Of a DNA stretch of 64,000 nucleotides, positions 15,848 through 26,573 are shown one piece after another. Every line of letters begins with the position of its first letter. The first letter of the stretch is position 1. The DNA is from Fibrobacteraceae bacterium (lineage in GTDB: Bacteria > Fibrobacterota > Fibrobacteria > Fibrobacterales > Fibrobacteraceae): the NCBI GenBank assembly GCA_017625775.1, contig JAGAKE010000012.1, positions 29,120 to 93,119 on the forward strand, written 5' to 3'. The notes under the pieces were generated by a model, which saw only the letters and a program-made list of their open reading frames with translations, did not search any database and was not told where the DNA came from. The translations under genes and the position numbers were made by a program.

Positions 15848-18800
15848 TTAATTTCCGTAATAGGCGTTATATTGATTTATGTACTGCTTGGCAATGCGCT
15901 GCTGGATAAACAGGTAATCAGGCATTTCGGGCTTGATTTGTGGGAAGTGCGCAAGTCCATCTGCAATTTCTTTCATCACGGTCTTGCCGAAGTAGGCATC
16001 CTGTTTGAGGATATCGTTGCGATCAAAAACCTTCGCGTCAATCGTTCCCTTGATAGTCAAGAGAGCCTGCACGATTTCTTCGTCGAACTTCGAGATAATC
16101 GGTGCCTGGTGCTTGGGTTCGCGGGCCTTGTTCTCCTCGCGAATACGCTTGTGAACATAGGCGAATTTCGTGTCGCCATTGTACTTGCGCAAAAGGGCTT
16201 CGTTAGCCTTGCGGAGTTCTTCAAGGCGTTTCAGGATGTCGTTCATCGCCTGGTTCTGCTCGTTATAAACGGCAAGATTTTCCGGGGTAAAGCCATGCTT
16301 GTCAAAGATGCGCTTGAACTCCTGTTCCAATTCAACAAATACAGGGTCTTCGTGGTCGAAGTTATCCAAGAATCCGCGGAGTGCGCGCTTGTACTTTTCA
16401 CGCAGTTCCGTGCCGTTGTCGATGATTTTCAGTTCCTCCGTGCCAATGCAGCTAAAGTTGAACTCGATGTTCATCATGGCTTCGTTCACGGCAAACTGCG
16501 TCGCTTCGCTGTTGGTCCACGCCTCTTTCTGGTTAATCATCGCAATGCGGTGGTTCACTTCCGAAAGCATGAGCGGCAACTTTTCGATGTTCAGCTTTTC
16601 AAAGTCCTTTTTAAGGGCATCGTCACCGAAAGTGCGCACAAGGTTCATGGCATCTTTCGCGAGTTCCAAGGCCTTGCGCAACTCAATTAAAACCTTCTTA
16701 TCTTCAAGGCTAGAAATCTCCGTAGAGAAAACTTCCGCGTTATCGGTAGTATAACTGAACAAAGCCTGACGTGCCACCTTCATGTGATTAATAAGGGCGT
16801 CCTTATCTTCCATGACTTGATTGTACATGTCGGGCAAGTTATCGTCCGGGTCAGTATCGGCATCGTTGTAGCGGTTCAGTTCCTGCAAATACGCGGCATT
16901 GGTTTCGTCGAAATTCTTCTTGATGTCGGCAAAGTCAATCAAGAACCCGCGTTTCATATTCTTGTACGGGCGATTCACGCGTGTAATTGCCTGCAACAAA
17001 TTGTGGTCCTTGATTTTCCGACCGAAATATAATCGCTTAAGACGAGGCGCATCAAAGCCAGTCAAGAGCATGTTGAAAACAATCAACACATCAATCGTGT
17101 AGTTCTTCTTGAAATTTTTGACAATCTGCTTGCGAGTTTCTTTGTCATCACTATCGAAAAGAATCAGACCTGCCTTCAAATTGATTTTCTGGATGCGATT
17201 TTCGTTGAGTTCGTCCTGAATCTCATTGAAGAACTTATACAGGTTTCGTGCCTGTTCCGAAGATTCGCAAATAATCATACCACCCAAGTCGTTGTCACCC
17301 TGCATGGCCCGGAACCTGACCAAATCATTGATGATGTAGCGGAGCAACGCCTTAACGTATGTGGGGTGCCGAATAATCATGTCCTTCGAGACAGAACCCT
17401 TCTCCACCAGTTTCTGCACGCTTTCGTAAGCATCGTTCAGTTTTTTGCGGTAACTGGTTTCGATATCTTCGCGGATAATCTTTAGCGTGTAGCCGTCTTG
17501 AATGGAACGGTCGTAATAATACGTGTGGAAGTAATCGCCAAAGACCTTGCAACTCGCCTTTTCACTCCCGATGAGCGGTGTGCCGGTAAGCGCAATCTTG
17601 ATGGCGTTCTTGTCGGCATTGAAAAGGTTCGAAAGGAAACATCCGCCCGGTTTGTAGCCGCGATGCGCTTCGTCCATAATGAACACGCGTTGCAAATTCG
17701 TGGCGTAATTTGGGATTTCCACTTTCTCGGTGTCATTTTCAAACTTCTGGATGTTCACCACGGTAATTTCATCGACACCGGCGTTGCCCTGCAAGGCCTG
17801 CTGCGTGCGGAACTGCTCCATGAGTTCCGTGCGGGAATTAGCCGTTGTCACCTTGAGGCCGCGATTGCTCAATTCTTCGGTCGCCTGCTCCAGCAAATCC
17901 AGACGGTCCACAATAAAGTAGAATTTCGCGACCTTGTTCTGCTTGGCGTACTCGTCCTTGAGGACTTTGCTCAAGTGGAAAGAAAGCGCCGTCTTGCCTG
18001 AACCCTGCGTATGCCACACAATGCCGGACTTTGCACCCGCTGCCAGTTTTTCACGGATAATCATGGCCGCAAAAAATTGCTGGTAACGCATGATGTGCTT
18101 TTCGTGGCGGCTCTCGATTTGGCCATCCTTCTCTTTTTCGACATGCAAGTAAGCGATGCCGTACTTGAGCAAAAAGAGCAAACGCTCCGGGCTCACCATC
18201 GAAGTAAGCACGCGATTCGTGGGCGTATTGATGTCTAGATTCGTCTTGTATTCCGGGTTCTCTTTCAATACCGGAACATTGAAATCCATCAGGACTCTCT
18301 TTTCGAGATCCGCAGGAATCGGCAAATAAGGATAATTGGCGTGGAACGGCGCGATTGCCGCACGCTTGGGGTTTTCTTCCCTGAAGCAGTTGAAACGCGC
18401 TTCGTTTTTCGCAGCCGTGCAATAGAACACGCCTTCAATCGGGACAACGCCGCCCTTGGCATCGTACTCCATGTTGTTGGAGAAAATCATCAACTGCGTG
18501 ATGTTGATAAAACGGCGGAACTTTTTCTTCGGGAACCGCTCATCGTTCATCCGCTTGCTTTCGGCCACCATGCCGCCTACATTGTTCGGCTTCTTGACCT
18601 CGATAAACACGAGCGGAAGCCCGTTGATGAACAACGTAATGTCGGGGCGAAAACTTTCATCGCCGTTCTTGCAACTAAATTCCGCCGTGCAATGGTATGT
18701 GTTATTTTCCAGATGTTCGAAATCAATCAAGCGAAGGGTCGAACTGCTGGTAAGGCGCTTATAAAACTGCTGTCCCAAATCATCGTCATCCAGTTCCTTC

Positions 18801-19066
18801 TGGATGTCCGAAAGCACGCTCTGTGCAGAAACTGTCGCAACTGGATTCAATTTTTTGAACTGCTTTGCAAAGATATCCACAAGAATGTTTGTTTCTGGAT
18901 CAAACGCAATGTTCGCCAATGCTGCGTTGGAAGCATCTTTCAATGTTCCTGATCCGGAAATCGCACAACACTCTGAAATTTTACCTAAATACGTATAACC
19001 GATACGAGCCAAATGCTGAATCGCAGTCAGTTGAACGCGCGTCGCTTCCGTAAAAAGATTAGACAT
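15848..19066 (-). CDS. hsdR: Type I restriction enzyme R subunit (helicase-nuclease)
   Basis: Walker A HTQGSGKT, DEAH-type box FIMDEAHRG, and an N-terminal nuclease-like FIEVKKP. The ORF is open to 19147, but MSNLFTEA at 19066 is the likely start. Confidence 0.95.
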   Translation of the reverse strand: MSNLFTEATRVQLTAIQHLARIGYTYLGKISECCAISGSGTLKDASNAALANIAFDPETNILVDIFAKQFKKLNPVATVSAQSVLSDIQKELDDDDLGQQFYKRLTSSSTLRLIDFEHLENNTYHCTAEFSCKNGDESFRPDITLFINGLPLVFIEVKKPNNVGGMVAESKRMNDERFPKKKFRRFINITQLMIFSNNMEYDAKGGVVPIEGVFYCTAAKNEARFNCFREENPKRAAIAPFHANYPYLPIPADLEKRVLMDFNVPVLKENPEYKTNLDINTPTNRVLTSMVSPERLLFLLKYGIAYLHVEKEKDGQIESRHEKHIMRYQQFFAAMIIREKLAAGAKSGIVWHTQGSGKTALSFHLSKVLKDEYAKQNKVAKFYFIVDRLDLLEQATEELSNRGLKVTTANSRTELMEQFRTQQALQGNAGVDEITVVNIQKFENDTEKVEIPNYATNLQRVFIMDEAHRGYKPGGCFLSNLFNADKNAIKIALTGTPLIGSEKASCKVFGDYFHTYYYDRSIQDGYTLKIIREDIETSYRKKLNDAYESVQKLVEKGSVSKDMIIRHPTYVKALLRYIINDLVRFRAMQGDNDLGGMIICESSEQARNLYKFFNEIQDELNENRIQKINLKAGLILFDSDDKETRKQIVKNFKKNYTIDVLIVFNMLLTGFDAPRLKRLYFGRKIKDHNLLQAITRVNRPYKNMKRGFLIDFADIKKNFDETNAAYLQELNRYNDADTDPDDNLPDMYNQVMEDKDALINHMKVARQALFSYTTDNAEVFSTEISSLEDKKVLIELRKALELAKDAMNLVRTFGDDALKKDFEKLNIEKLPLMLSEVNHRIAMINQKEAWTNSEATQFAVNEAMMNIEFNFSCIGTEELKIIDNGTELREKYKRALRGFLDNFDHEDPVFVELEQEFKRIFDKHGFTPENLAVYNEQNQAMNDILKRLEELRKANEALLRKYNGDTKFAYVHKRIREENKAREPKHQAPIISKFDEEIVQALLTIKGTIDAKVFDRNDILKQDAYFGKTVMKEIADGLAHFPQIKPEMPDYLFIQQRIAKQYINQYNAYYGN

Positions 19067-19402
19067 AAAAATTTTACCTTCCAAATTGGCGTTCACAAGG
19101 TATGTTATCGCCGTCGCCATCCATTTGATTAGCCTCAGCAAAACCAAAGCCTTTGGCTTTATTCCAAACAGAAATTTTTACAACATTTATTATAGGCATA
19201 GCAATCTCTAACGAGAATATAAATTTTTAATCTGTCACTAAGACAATTTTCTAACCAATTAACACTTTTTAAGATATTCTCAAAAGGGGAATTCTCAACC
19301 TTGACAAATACTGCACAAAAGTATAATTTATAGAAAAATATTTAACAAAATATCTGCGTTCAATCTATTAAACAATTTGCATGTACGCAGAAAGGAGCGA
19401 AA

Positions 19403-19567
19403 ATGTACAATACCGCAAACGGCAAAGTGAATGACGACGAGGCAGCCATTATAGAAAATCTCAATCATGAAATTTGGGAAACATTCTGGAAAATCCCACG
19501 CGACAAAAGGACTCGTGAACACTGGGAAAAATTATTCGATATTCAAATACTTGTAAAGAGTAAATAA
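19403..19567 (+). CDS. small hypothetical ORF (54 aa)
   Basis: An AAAGGAG RBS lies 6 nt upstream of the ATG. The ORF is below the track cutoff and has no recognisable motif. Confidence 0.25.
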   Translation: MYNTANGKVNDDEAAIIENLNHEIWETFWKIPRDKRTREHWEKLFDIQILVKSK

Positions 19568-19570
19568 CTT

Positions 19571-20473
19571 CTACCCAACTTTTTCAAGAATTTCTTTTAA
19601 AACTATCGTTGATTTTTTTTCAGCCAAATCTATTTCAGAGGCTTTAACTTGATGACGAAACCAAGTGAGTTGACGTTTAGCAAAGCGCCTGGTTTCTTGC
19701 TGCACTACAGACAAACATTGTTCCTTGGAAATATTGCCTTTAAGCATTTCTAAAATTTCACGATAACCAATGGATTTCCAAGCAAACGCATCAAGAGGCA
19801 CTCTTTCTGATAATTCTACAACCTCTTCAACCCAACCATTTTCAAACATTTTTTCAGCACGTTCATTAATTTGTCTGTATAAAATTTCTCGTGAACGATT
19901 TAAGAAAAAAGTTGGAATTTCACCAAGGCCACCTTCCCGTTCTTTTTGCCATGAAGATAATGGGCGCTTTGTAGCTATAGCAACTTCAAGCACTCTAAAA
20001 ATACGCTGTTTATCTTCTGCAGAAATTTTTTTCATTGCCTCAGCATCAAGTTCTCTTGCCTTTTCATAACAGAAACGCAAACCATTTTCCAAATACATAT
20101 TTAGAACATCAGCTCGTACACTTTCTTCAATTTCAGGAATTTTCGGAAGTCCTTCAATTAAAGCCTGCAAGTACAAACCAGTTCCGCCCACAAGAATAAA
20201 ATCCTGAGCGGAATTTTCTAAAATCATACGAACGCTATTTAAAAATTCACCCGCAGAAAAAGACTGAGTCGGCAAAAGAAAATCAGTTAAATGATGTTTC
20301 ACTCTAGCACGTTCCGCAAAAGTTGGCTGAGCCGTTCCAATTCGAAATCCTTCATAAATTTGCCTAGAATCTAAGCAAATGATTTCTGCCTTAAGTTCCT
20401 CTGCAAGACTTAAGGAAAGTTCCGTTTTTCCAACCGCAGTTGGCCCAACAAGCGCTAATCGTATCGACATCAA
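19571..20473 (-). CDS. miaA: tRNA dimethylallyltransferase
   Basis: N-terminal P-loop LVGPTAVGKTELS and a family-typical DSRQIY motif. Length is about 300 aa. Confidence 0.95.
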   Translation of the reverse strand: MMSIRLALVGPTAVGKTELSLSLAEELKAEIICLDSRQIYEGFRIGTAQPTFAERARVKHHLTDFLLPTQSFSAGEFLNSVRMILENSAQDFILVGGTGLYLQALIEGLPKIPEIEESVRADVLNMYLENGLRFCYEKARELDAEAMKKISAEDKQRIFRVLEVAIATKRPLSSWQKEREGGLGEIPTFFLNRSREILYRQINERAEKMFENGWVEEVVELSERVPLDAFAWKSIGYREILEMLKGNISKEQCLSVVQQETRRFAKRQLTWFRHQVKASEIDLAEKKSTIVLKEILEKVG

Positions 20474-20500
20474 GCGTAATCTAGCTATATTTTAAAGACG

Positions 20501-21610
20501 ATGCAAAAGAAACCCACCATAATCGCTTCTATAATCCTTTCATCTGTATTGCTTGCAGGCATTGCAGCAATCATTGCGTTGCGTTTGCCTCTCGCTTCCG
20601 AACAAAAAACTACTGAAGTTCAAGAAGACCAAGTCACGCCAGCCGACACATTGTCTTTGAAAGAACACTTAAAACAGTCATTAGAAGTAAAACAATCAAA
20701 ATTCAACAAGAAAAAAAAGCGTGAGATATGGCTGCTCGGGCAAGGGCGTTCTATTATTCAATATTTACTAGAAGCTCAAAAAATGATACAAGAACGCGGC
20801 GGGAAAATTTTATCTATGGAAGAAATTTTTTACGACCGTTCTAGTTTAGCTTCATCAGTATTCCAAGCCGCCACTTTATCTTTTTTAGATTCACTTCATG
20901 ATACTTCTCATGTAGAACTTCAAATTTCAAAAAAATTATTTATTTCAGGTGGTTCATCTAAAATAGCCATTGTTTTTCAAGGAGAAAATCTTCACAAACA
21001 AATGGATTTTTTAAATGGTTTAGAATACCCTCACTCTGTTTTAATAACGCCATGGAAATTACCTCCAGAAATATTAGGGCAATTACGTTCATCGAAAAAT
21101 CGCGAACTCGTTCTGTGGCTTTACATGGAATCATCAAAACTTCGTTCCATAACAGCTCCGCGTCCTATTCGCTTTCATCTCACAGAAAACGACATTCAAA
21201 AAATCATTTTAGATGCAAACGCACTTATTCCTGAAGCAAAGGGAATCGCCTCTCGCTTTGGAGAACAAGCCGTTGAACATTCGCACTTAATGAACGCCAC
21301 GCTACGCCCTCTACAAGAACTATCACTTTACTTTTTAGATTTAACCGGAATCAATTCTTCGCTTACTAAAAAAGTTTGTTCAGAGCTAGAACTTCGCTGC
21401 GATTCACCAGATGCTTACAACGCAGACAATAGCCTCCCCGAAGATTACATCCGCAAAAAAATTGCAGAAGCCGCTAAAAACGGAACCGCTATTATGATTT
21501 TACCATTGAACAACAAAATTCAAAAAGAACTAGAAAATATTCAAGAACGCCTTCAGAAACAAGGCACAGAAATAACTACATTAGAATCACTCGTGGAACT
21601 ACGTCAATAG
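20501..21610 (+). CDS. membrane-anchored divergent polysaccharide deacetylase-like protein (catalytic residues apparently substituted)
   Basis: N-terminal TM helix. The blocks KIAIVFQGEN, ELVLWLYMES, GIASRFGEQ and LYFLD align by eye to the YibQ/PF04748 pattern as I recall it, with the DD/H/NH positions replaced. Confidence 0.45.
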   Translation: MQKKPTIIASIILSSVLLAGIAAIIALRLPLASEQKTTEVQEDQVTPADTLSLKEHLKQSLEVKQSKFNKKKKREIWLLGQGRSIIQYLLEAQKMIQERGGKILSMEEIFYDRSSLASSVFQAATLSFLDSLHDTSHVELQISKKLFISGGSSKIAIVFQGENLHKQMDFLNGLEYPHSVLITPWKLPPEILGQLRSSKNRELVLWLYMESSKLRSITAPRPIRFHLTENDIQKIILDANALIPEAKGIASRFGEQAVEHSHLMNATLRPLQELSLYFLDLTGINSSLTKKVCSELELRCDSPDAYNADNSLPEDYIRKKIAEAAKNGTAIMILPLNNKIQKELENIQERLQKQGTEITTLESLVELRQ

Positions 21611-21619
21611 GAGTTTAAA

Positions 21620-22357
21620 ATGGCTGTCAAACTAGGTGTAAATATCGATCATATCGCCACAATTCGCGAAGCTCGAAAAATCAGAGAACCAGATCCAGTC
21701 GCAGCGGCTGTTTTAGCAGAACTCGCTGGTTGCCACGGCATTACCGCTCACTTAAGAGAAGATAGGCGTCACATTCAAGATAGAGACATTCGTCTTTTGC
21801 GCGGCATGGTAACCACGCACCTCAATATGGAAATGGCTCCTTCGCCGGAAATGATTCAATTCGCTTTAGATTTACACCCAGACATGGCAACACTCGTGCC
21901 AGAAAATCGTTTAGAAATCACTACTGAAGGTGGCTTAAATGTAGCGGCAAAGGCAGAAGAACTTTCTAAAGCTATTGCAAAATTAAAACAGAATGATATT
22001 TTAGTCAGCGTGTTTATCGATCCAGAATCAAGCCAAGTAAAAGCAGCAAAAAAAGTAGGTGCCGATTTTGTAGAATTTCATACCGGAAAATACAGTAACG
22101 CTTACGACATGGGAGATTCTCGTGAAGTAGAAAGCGAACTTTCTGCCATTCAAGACATGACGCTTCTTGCTCACAAATACGGTTTAAGAATCAATGCCGG
22201 GCATGGTTTAAATTACAGAAATGTAGGCCCTATTGCTGCGATTCCTCACATTGAAGAATTAAACATCGGGCATAGCATTATTGGCAGAGCCGCTCTTGTT
22301 GGTATGGAACGCGCGGTTAAAGAAATGCTTGAAGCAATCCGCCGGGCAGATTCCTAA
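21620..22357 (+). CDS. pdxJ: pyridoxine 5'-phosphate synthase
   Basis: KLGVNIDHIATIREAR and HLREDRRHI motifs. Length is 245 aa. Confidence 0.95.
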   Translation: MAVKLGVNIDHIATIREARKIREPDPVAAAVLAELAGCHGITAHLREDRRHIQDRDIRLLRGMVTTHLNMEMAPSPEMIQFALDLHPDMATLVPENRLEITTEGGLNVAAKAEELSKAIAKLKQNDILVSVFIDPESSQVKAAKKVGADFVEFHTGKYSNAYDMGDSREVESELSAIQDMTLLAHKYGLRINAGHGLNYRNVGPIAAIPHIEELNIGHSIIGRAALVGMERAVKEMLEAIRRADS

Positions 22358-22366
22358 TTCAAATTT

Positions 22367-23857
22367 ATGAACTGCCTTAGCGATAAAATTTGCACTCCCG
22401 AAGAGGCTGCCGAATTAATCCAGAACCAAGAAGTTGTCGGTGTTTCCGGCTTTACACTTTCTGGCTACCCAAAACTTGTGCCTAAAGCTTTGGCCAAAAA
22501 AGCAGAACGCTTACACCAAGCAGGAATTCCTTTTGCAATCACATTATACTCCGGTGCTTCAACCGGAGAATCTTGCGACGGATTACTTGCTTTAGCGAAC
22601 GCCGTTGATGAGCGCGCCCCTTACCAGTCTAACGCCACGTTAAGAAAAAAAATCAACGAAGGAACCATTCGTTATTTAGACGAACACCTTGGCTTAATGG
22701 GAGTAAAAATTCGAGAAGGCTCTTTACGTGCGCCAACTACTGTCATCATTGAAGCTTCTCATATTTCTCCAGACGGCAAAATCTACCTTTCCACTTCAGG
22801 CGGAAATTCTGTCGCCTTTTTAGAACGCGCCGAAAACGTAATCATTGAATTAAACTCTCGCTATGGCGAAAAATTCATTGGACTTCACGACACATTTATC
22901 CCAGATTTAACGCCAGGTGCATCTCCTATTCCACTGCGTTTTTCAAGCGACCGAGCCGGAAAAGATTACATACAAATTGCTCCTGAAAAAATCAAAGCCG
23001 TTGTACTTTCCGATGCATACGACGAAGTAAAACCTTTCACCCAACCAGATTCTATCGCTACAAAAATTGCAGAACAAATTCTTGATTTCATTTCTTACGA
23101 AATCAAAAAAGGAAAACTTCACGAAGGTTTGGCTTACCAAAGTGGTGTAGGAAATGTGGCGAACGCCGTACTTACGGCTATGGCCAGCAATCCGTCTCAA
23201 GCGCCAGTATCGCTTTTTACTGAAGTCATTCAAGAAGCTTGCTTACCTCTTTTAAAAACAGACAAATTAAAGGTAGCCTCTGGCACGGCGCTCACCTTAT
23301 CGCCCACAGCACAAGATGAATTTATTCAAAATATTGATTCTTGGAAAAAGCATTTTATTTTACGCCAACAAGAAGTTTCAAACAGCGCGGAAGTTATTCG
23401 TCGAGTTGGTGTGATTTCAATGAACACCGCTCTTGAATGTGATATTTTCGGAAACGTCAATAGTTCTCATGTATGCGGAACTTCTATGATGAATGGAATT
23501 GGCGGAGCTGCAGACTTTGCGCGTAATGCTCGACTTGGTTTCTTTATGACTCCTTCAACAGCAAAAGACGGAGCAATTTCTTCAATCGTTCCGCTTGTAA
23601 GTCACGTAGATCACACAGAACACGACACTATGATTTTTGTGACAGAGCAAGGTTTAGCCGATTTGCGCGGACTTTCTGCCGAGCAAAAAGCAAGAGCCAT
23701 TATTCAAAATTGCGCTCACCCAGATTACCGCGAAGAACTTCTTGAAATTTTAGAACGTGGTCTAAAAACCGCCAAAGGTCGCCACATTCCTCTTGATTTA
23801 TCAAGTGCTTTTAAATTTCACCAAAGATTTTTAGAAACGGGTTCAATGAAATCGTAG
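22367..23857 (+). CDS. acetyl-CoA hydrolase/transferase family protein (succinate/acetate CoA-transferase-like)
   Basis: About 500 aa with sequence characteristic of the family, e.g. GVSGFTLSGYPK and NGIGGAADF. Confidence 0.85.
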   Translation: MNCLSDKICTPEEAAELIQNQEVVGVSGFTLSGYPKLVPKALAKKAERLHQAGIPFAITLYSGASTGESCDGLLALANAVDERAPYQSNATLRKKINEGTIRYLDEHLGLMGVKIREGSLRAPTTVIIEASHISPDGKIYLSTSGGNSVAFLERAENVIIELNSRYGEKFIGLHDTFIPDLTPGASPIPLRFSSDRAGKDYIQIAPEKIKAVVLSDAYDEVKPFTQPDSIATKIAEQILDFISYEIKKGKLHEGLAYQSGVGNVANAVLTAMASNPSQAPVSLFTEVIQEACLPLLKTDKLKVASGTALTLSPTAQDEFIQNIDSWKKHFILRQQEVSNSAEVIRRVGVISMNTALECDIFGNVNSSHVCGTSMMNGIGGAADFARNARLGFFMTPSTAKDGAISSIVPLVSHVDHTEHDTMIFVTEQGLADLRGLSAEQKARAIIQNCAHPDYREELLEILERGLKTAKGRHIPLDLSSAFKFHQRFLETGSMKS

Positions 23858-23858
23858 T

Positions 23859-24494
23859 TCACCACAGCGAGTAATTTTCTTTCTCTGTACCTATCGTCGT
23901 TTTTGGTCCATGCCCACAAAAAACAGTCGTATTACTTGGTAACAAAAAAAGCTTATTTCGAATGGTGTTATCTAAAATTTCGTAACTACCGCCGGGCAAA
24001 TCCGTTCGCCCAACGCCTTGATAAAATAAAACATCCCCACTAAATAAAATTTCACTTTTCGAATCGTAAAAAGAAAGACTCCCTGGAGAATGCCCCGGCG
24101 ATTCAAGCACTTTTAATTCAGTATTTCCAAAAGAAATAATGTCATTTTCTTTCAAAAAACTTTCTGGCAAATTAAAATTCCCTGAGTACGGCAAGCGAAA
24201 CATTCTCGCTTGTTCTGCAAGATTTTCACCCAAAAATAAATCAGGCCCACCCACTTTTGCTTTTAAATTCCATGCCTTTTCAACAAAAGAATTTCCGCAG
24301 CAATGATCTAAGTGCAAATGCGTATTCACAAGTGCCACAGGTTTTAAATTTTCTCGTTCTACAAACAAACAAGCTTCTTGAAATTCCGTTTCATCAAAAA
24401 ATCCAGAATCAATAAAAACGGCTTCACCTGTTTCGTCATAAAGCAAATAAGTGTTTACCTGAAAGGGATTACAAACAAAAATTTTAATTTTCAT
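23859..24494 (-). CDS. MBL-fold metallo-hydrolase (glyoxalase II-like)
   Basis: HLHLDHCCG (HxHxDH) motif. The likely start is MKIKIF at 24494; the ORF is open to 24551. Confidence 0.85.
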   Translation of the reverse strand: MKIKIFVCNPFQVNTYLLYDETGEAVFIDSGFFDETEFQEACLFVERENLKPVALVNTHLHLDHCCGNSFVEKAWNLKAKVGGPDLFLGENLAEQARMFRLPYSGNFNLPESFLKENDIISFGNTELKVLESPGHSPGSLSFYDSKSEILFSGDVLFYQGVGRTDLPGGSYEILDNTIRNKLFLLPSNTTVFCGHGPKTTIGTEKENYSLW

Positions 24495-24797
24495 TTTTTC
24501 AAAATAATAAATTTCAGAATTCCTAGTGTAGCAGAGTAAGCATTTTGCCAAATTACCGACTACCCTTACCCATCAAGGTCATTTCTTTTCCTCGAAACCT
24601 TCAAATTTTTATTTCTTTTCAACATATCTAAAAACAATGTATTTTCTACCGCACTATCAATTCTAAAACATTTCTATTTTTTTGCTATAATCAATGTTTT
24701 TGGACCGAAATCGGTAACGTTCGTTTTTGTGTAAGCCCTATTCCTGTTTTTCACCTTTAATAAAGCATTTGTAAGATAAAAGTAATGATTTTCGTTT

Positions 24798-26557
24798 TTA
24801 TACAATTTCACTAATTAAGGCGACTATTTTTTCATAATATGTCTTTGCCCATATTTTTCCTCTCTTGAAAATATCATCCTCAGCCCAAGAAGCCTTTTCT
24901 GAACTTTCATTAATAAAATTATGAACCATACTATATTTCGAATCATTATAATAAACTAATTTTTCTTCAAAACTGCTATTTGCTGGTATTCCAGAGTTAA
25001 TGCGTTGTTCTAACAATATTAAGTTGCCAATTAAACAAGTTTCCTCATCATTAGCGACTTCATCTTTTATATGTTCTATTGAAGAATCTGGCAACATTGT
25101 ATCAGAACCATCTAAAATGCATTGCCATTTGTTAATTGTATATTTTGTTAAAACGTTAGAGGGAATACTCTTTTTGCTATACTTTAATGTAGTGAAATTC
25201 TCTACAAATTCTTCCTCTGTTGGCAAAAGACCTATTAGCGATTGCTTTAATTCTTTTACAATATCTCTTATTTCATTATTGTTTTCTGCATGAAACATAT
25301 TGTATGCAAATGTATTCAATGGAGATTCTAGGCTAGAGGTTCTTTTTGAACATATTGCATTGTAAGCAAAATGAAAACAAGACAATCCTTTAATGATTTT
25401 TTTAAACATTTTATAAGTAAGGACTTTTTTTTCTAAATGCATATAAAGTAGCGATAAGAAAACTGGCCTTGTTTGAACAATAGAGAATACATTATTTATT
25501 GATGCTAATTCCTCAATTACAAAAGCATATTCTTTTTTGTTGCTAAAATCTTCTAAATTAGGTTTTAAGATAATAGCATATCTTTTTGATGCACCTTCTA
25601 TTTCCTTTAGAAAACTTAAGTAACTTTCTTCATTTTTAGGAACTTTTTTTTGAAAATCTGAGTATAACTTATTATCCTGTACTTTTCCATAATGCGAAAT
25701 CCAAAAATGTCTATAAAATGATGCAAATTCTACACGCAATGCACGACTACATAAACTATTTCTTATTTGTAGCCAAGTTTCCTTAGCGGTGTCTGCAGGA
25801 ACTTCGTTATCTAGTTTCTCAAATATAGCATTCTTAATTAAGTCGACACTTGCAAGTTCTTTTCCTTTAGCATTAAGTACTTCAAATATCATATTTGCAT
25901 ACTCGGTATCAGTTGTAGTAATACAAATAACAAAACTACGCAGTAATTGGTCCCTAATTACTTTTAATAATTCAACATACTCAAAATTACAACAATCGTC
26001 TTTTCGCAATCTTTTTAATCTTTTAATAAGTCCTGTTTTGGATAAATTATTTTTGAAAAATTTATTAGCCTTTAAAATCTTTTCTTCTTCAGTATTTTTA
26101 GGCTCTATTTTTTCTTCCACTAGTTTTTGAATAATAAATTGAAAAAACGGCTTAGGTGTTTCATTTTTTAATATAGCAAATGGGTCAGTATTCGCATCTT
26201 TACCAATTATATACTCCCATAATGCGTTTGATAGCCCTTCTTGTTTTTCTTTTGCAAAAAGTTTGGAAATAACAGATAAAAAGATTGTCATAGTTGTAAT
26301 TCTTTGTTGTCCGTCAACAACTTCAACTGATAACTCTTTTTGGTCATCCAAATTACCAACTAATAATAAACTACCCCAAAAATATTCGCTTGTGTCTAAT
26401 TTGGAATCATTGATGTGTATTCTTGATAAAATATCATCTAAAAACTCATTTAACTCTATTTTGTCTCAGGTGTATTCTCTTTGAAAACGAGGAATAACAA
26501 ATTGTTTTTTGCAACTAAATAATCCGCTTATTGATTTTTCCCTGACTTAAAATCCAT
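24798..26557 (-). pseudogene. GmrSD-like DUF262/DUF1524 Type IV restriction enzyme, disrupted
   Basis: An AGGAG RBS precedes the ATG at 26557. The frame is lost in an A5 run after 8 codons. The N-terminal motif FVIPRFQREYT is followed by TGA (26466-26468) where Trp is expected. The downstream 517-aa frame has DGQQRITT and a C-terminal EHI...GNLILLEQRIN. Confidence 0.8.
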
Positions 26558-26573
26558 AGTATATCTCCTAATT

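Noticed and set aside
15872-18952. Several plus-strand ORFs (272, 151, 167 and 203 aa, and others)
   Set aside because: All are antisense to hsdR, whose helicase motifs define the coding strand. Their products are motif-free.
19328-19522. 64-aa minus-strand ORF
   Set aside because: It has no RBS and a hydrophobic nonsense-like product. The opposite-strand 54-aa ORF with an AAAGGAG RBS is the better, though still weak, candidate.
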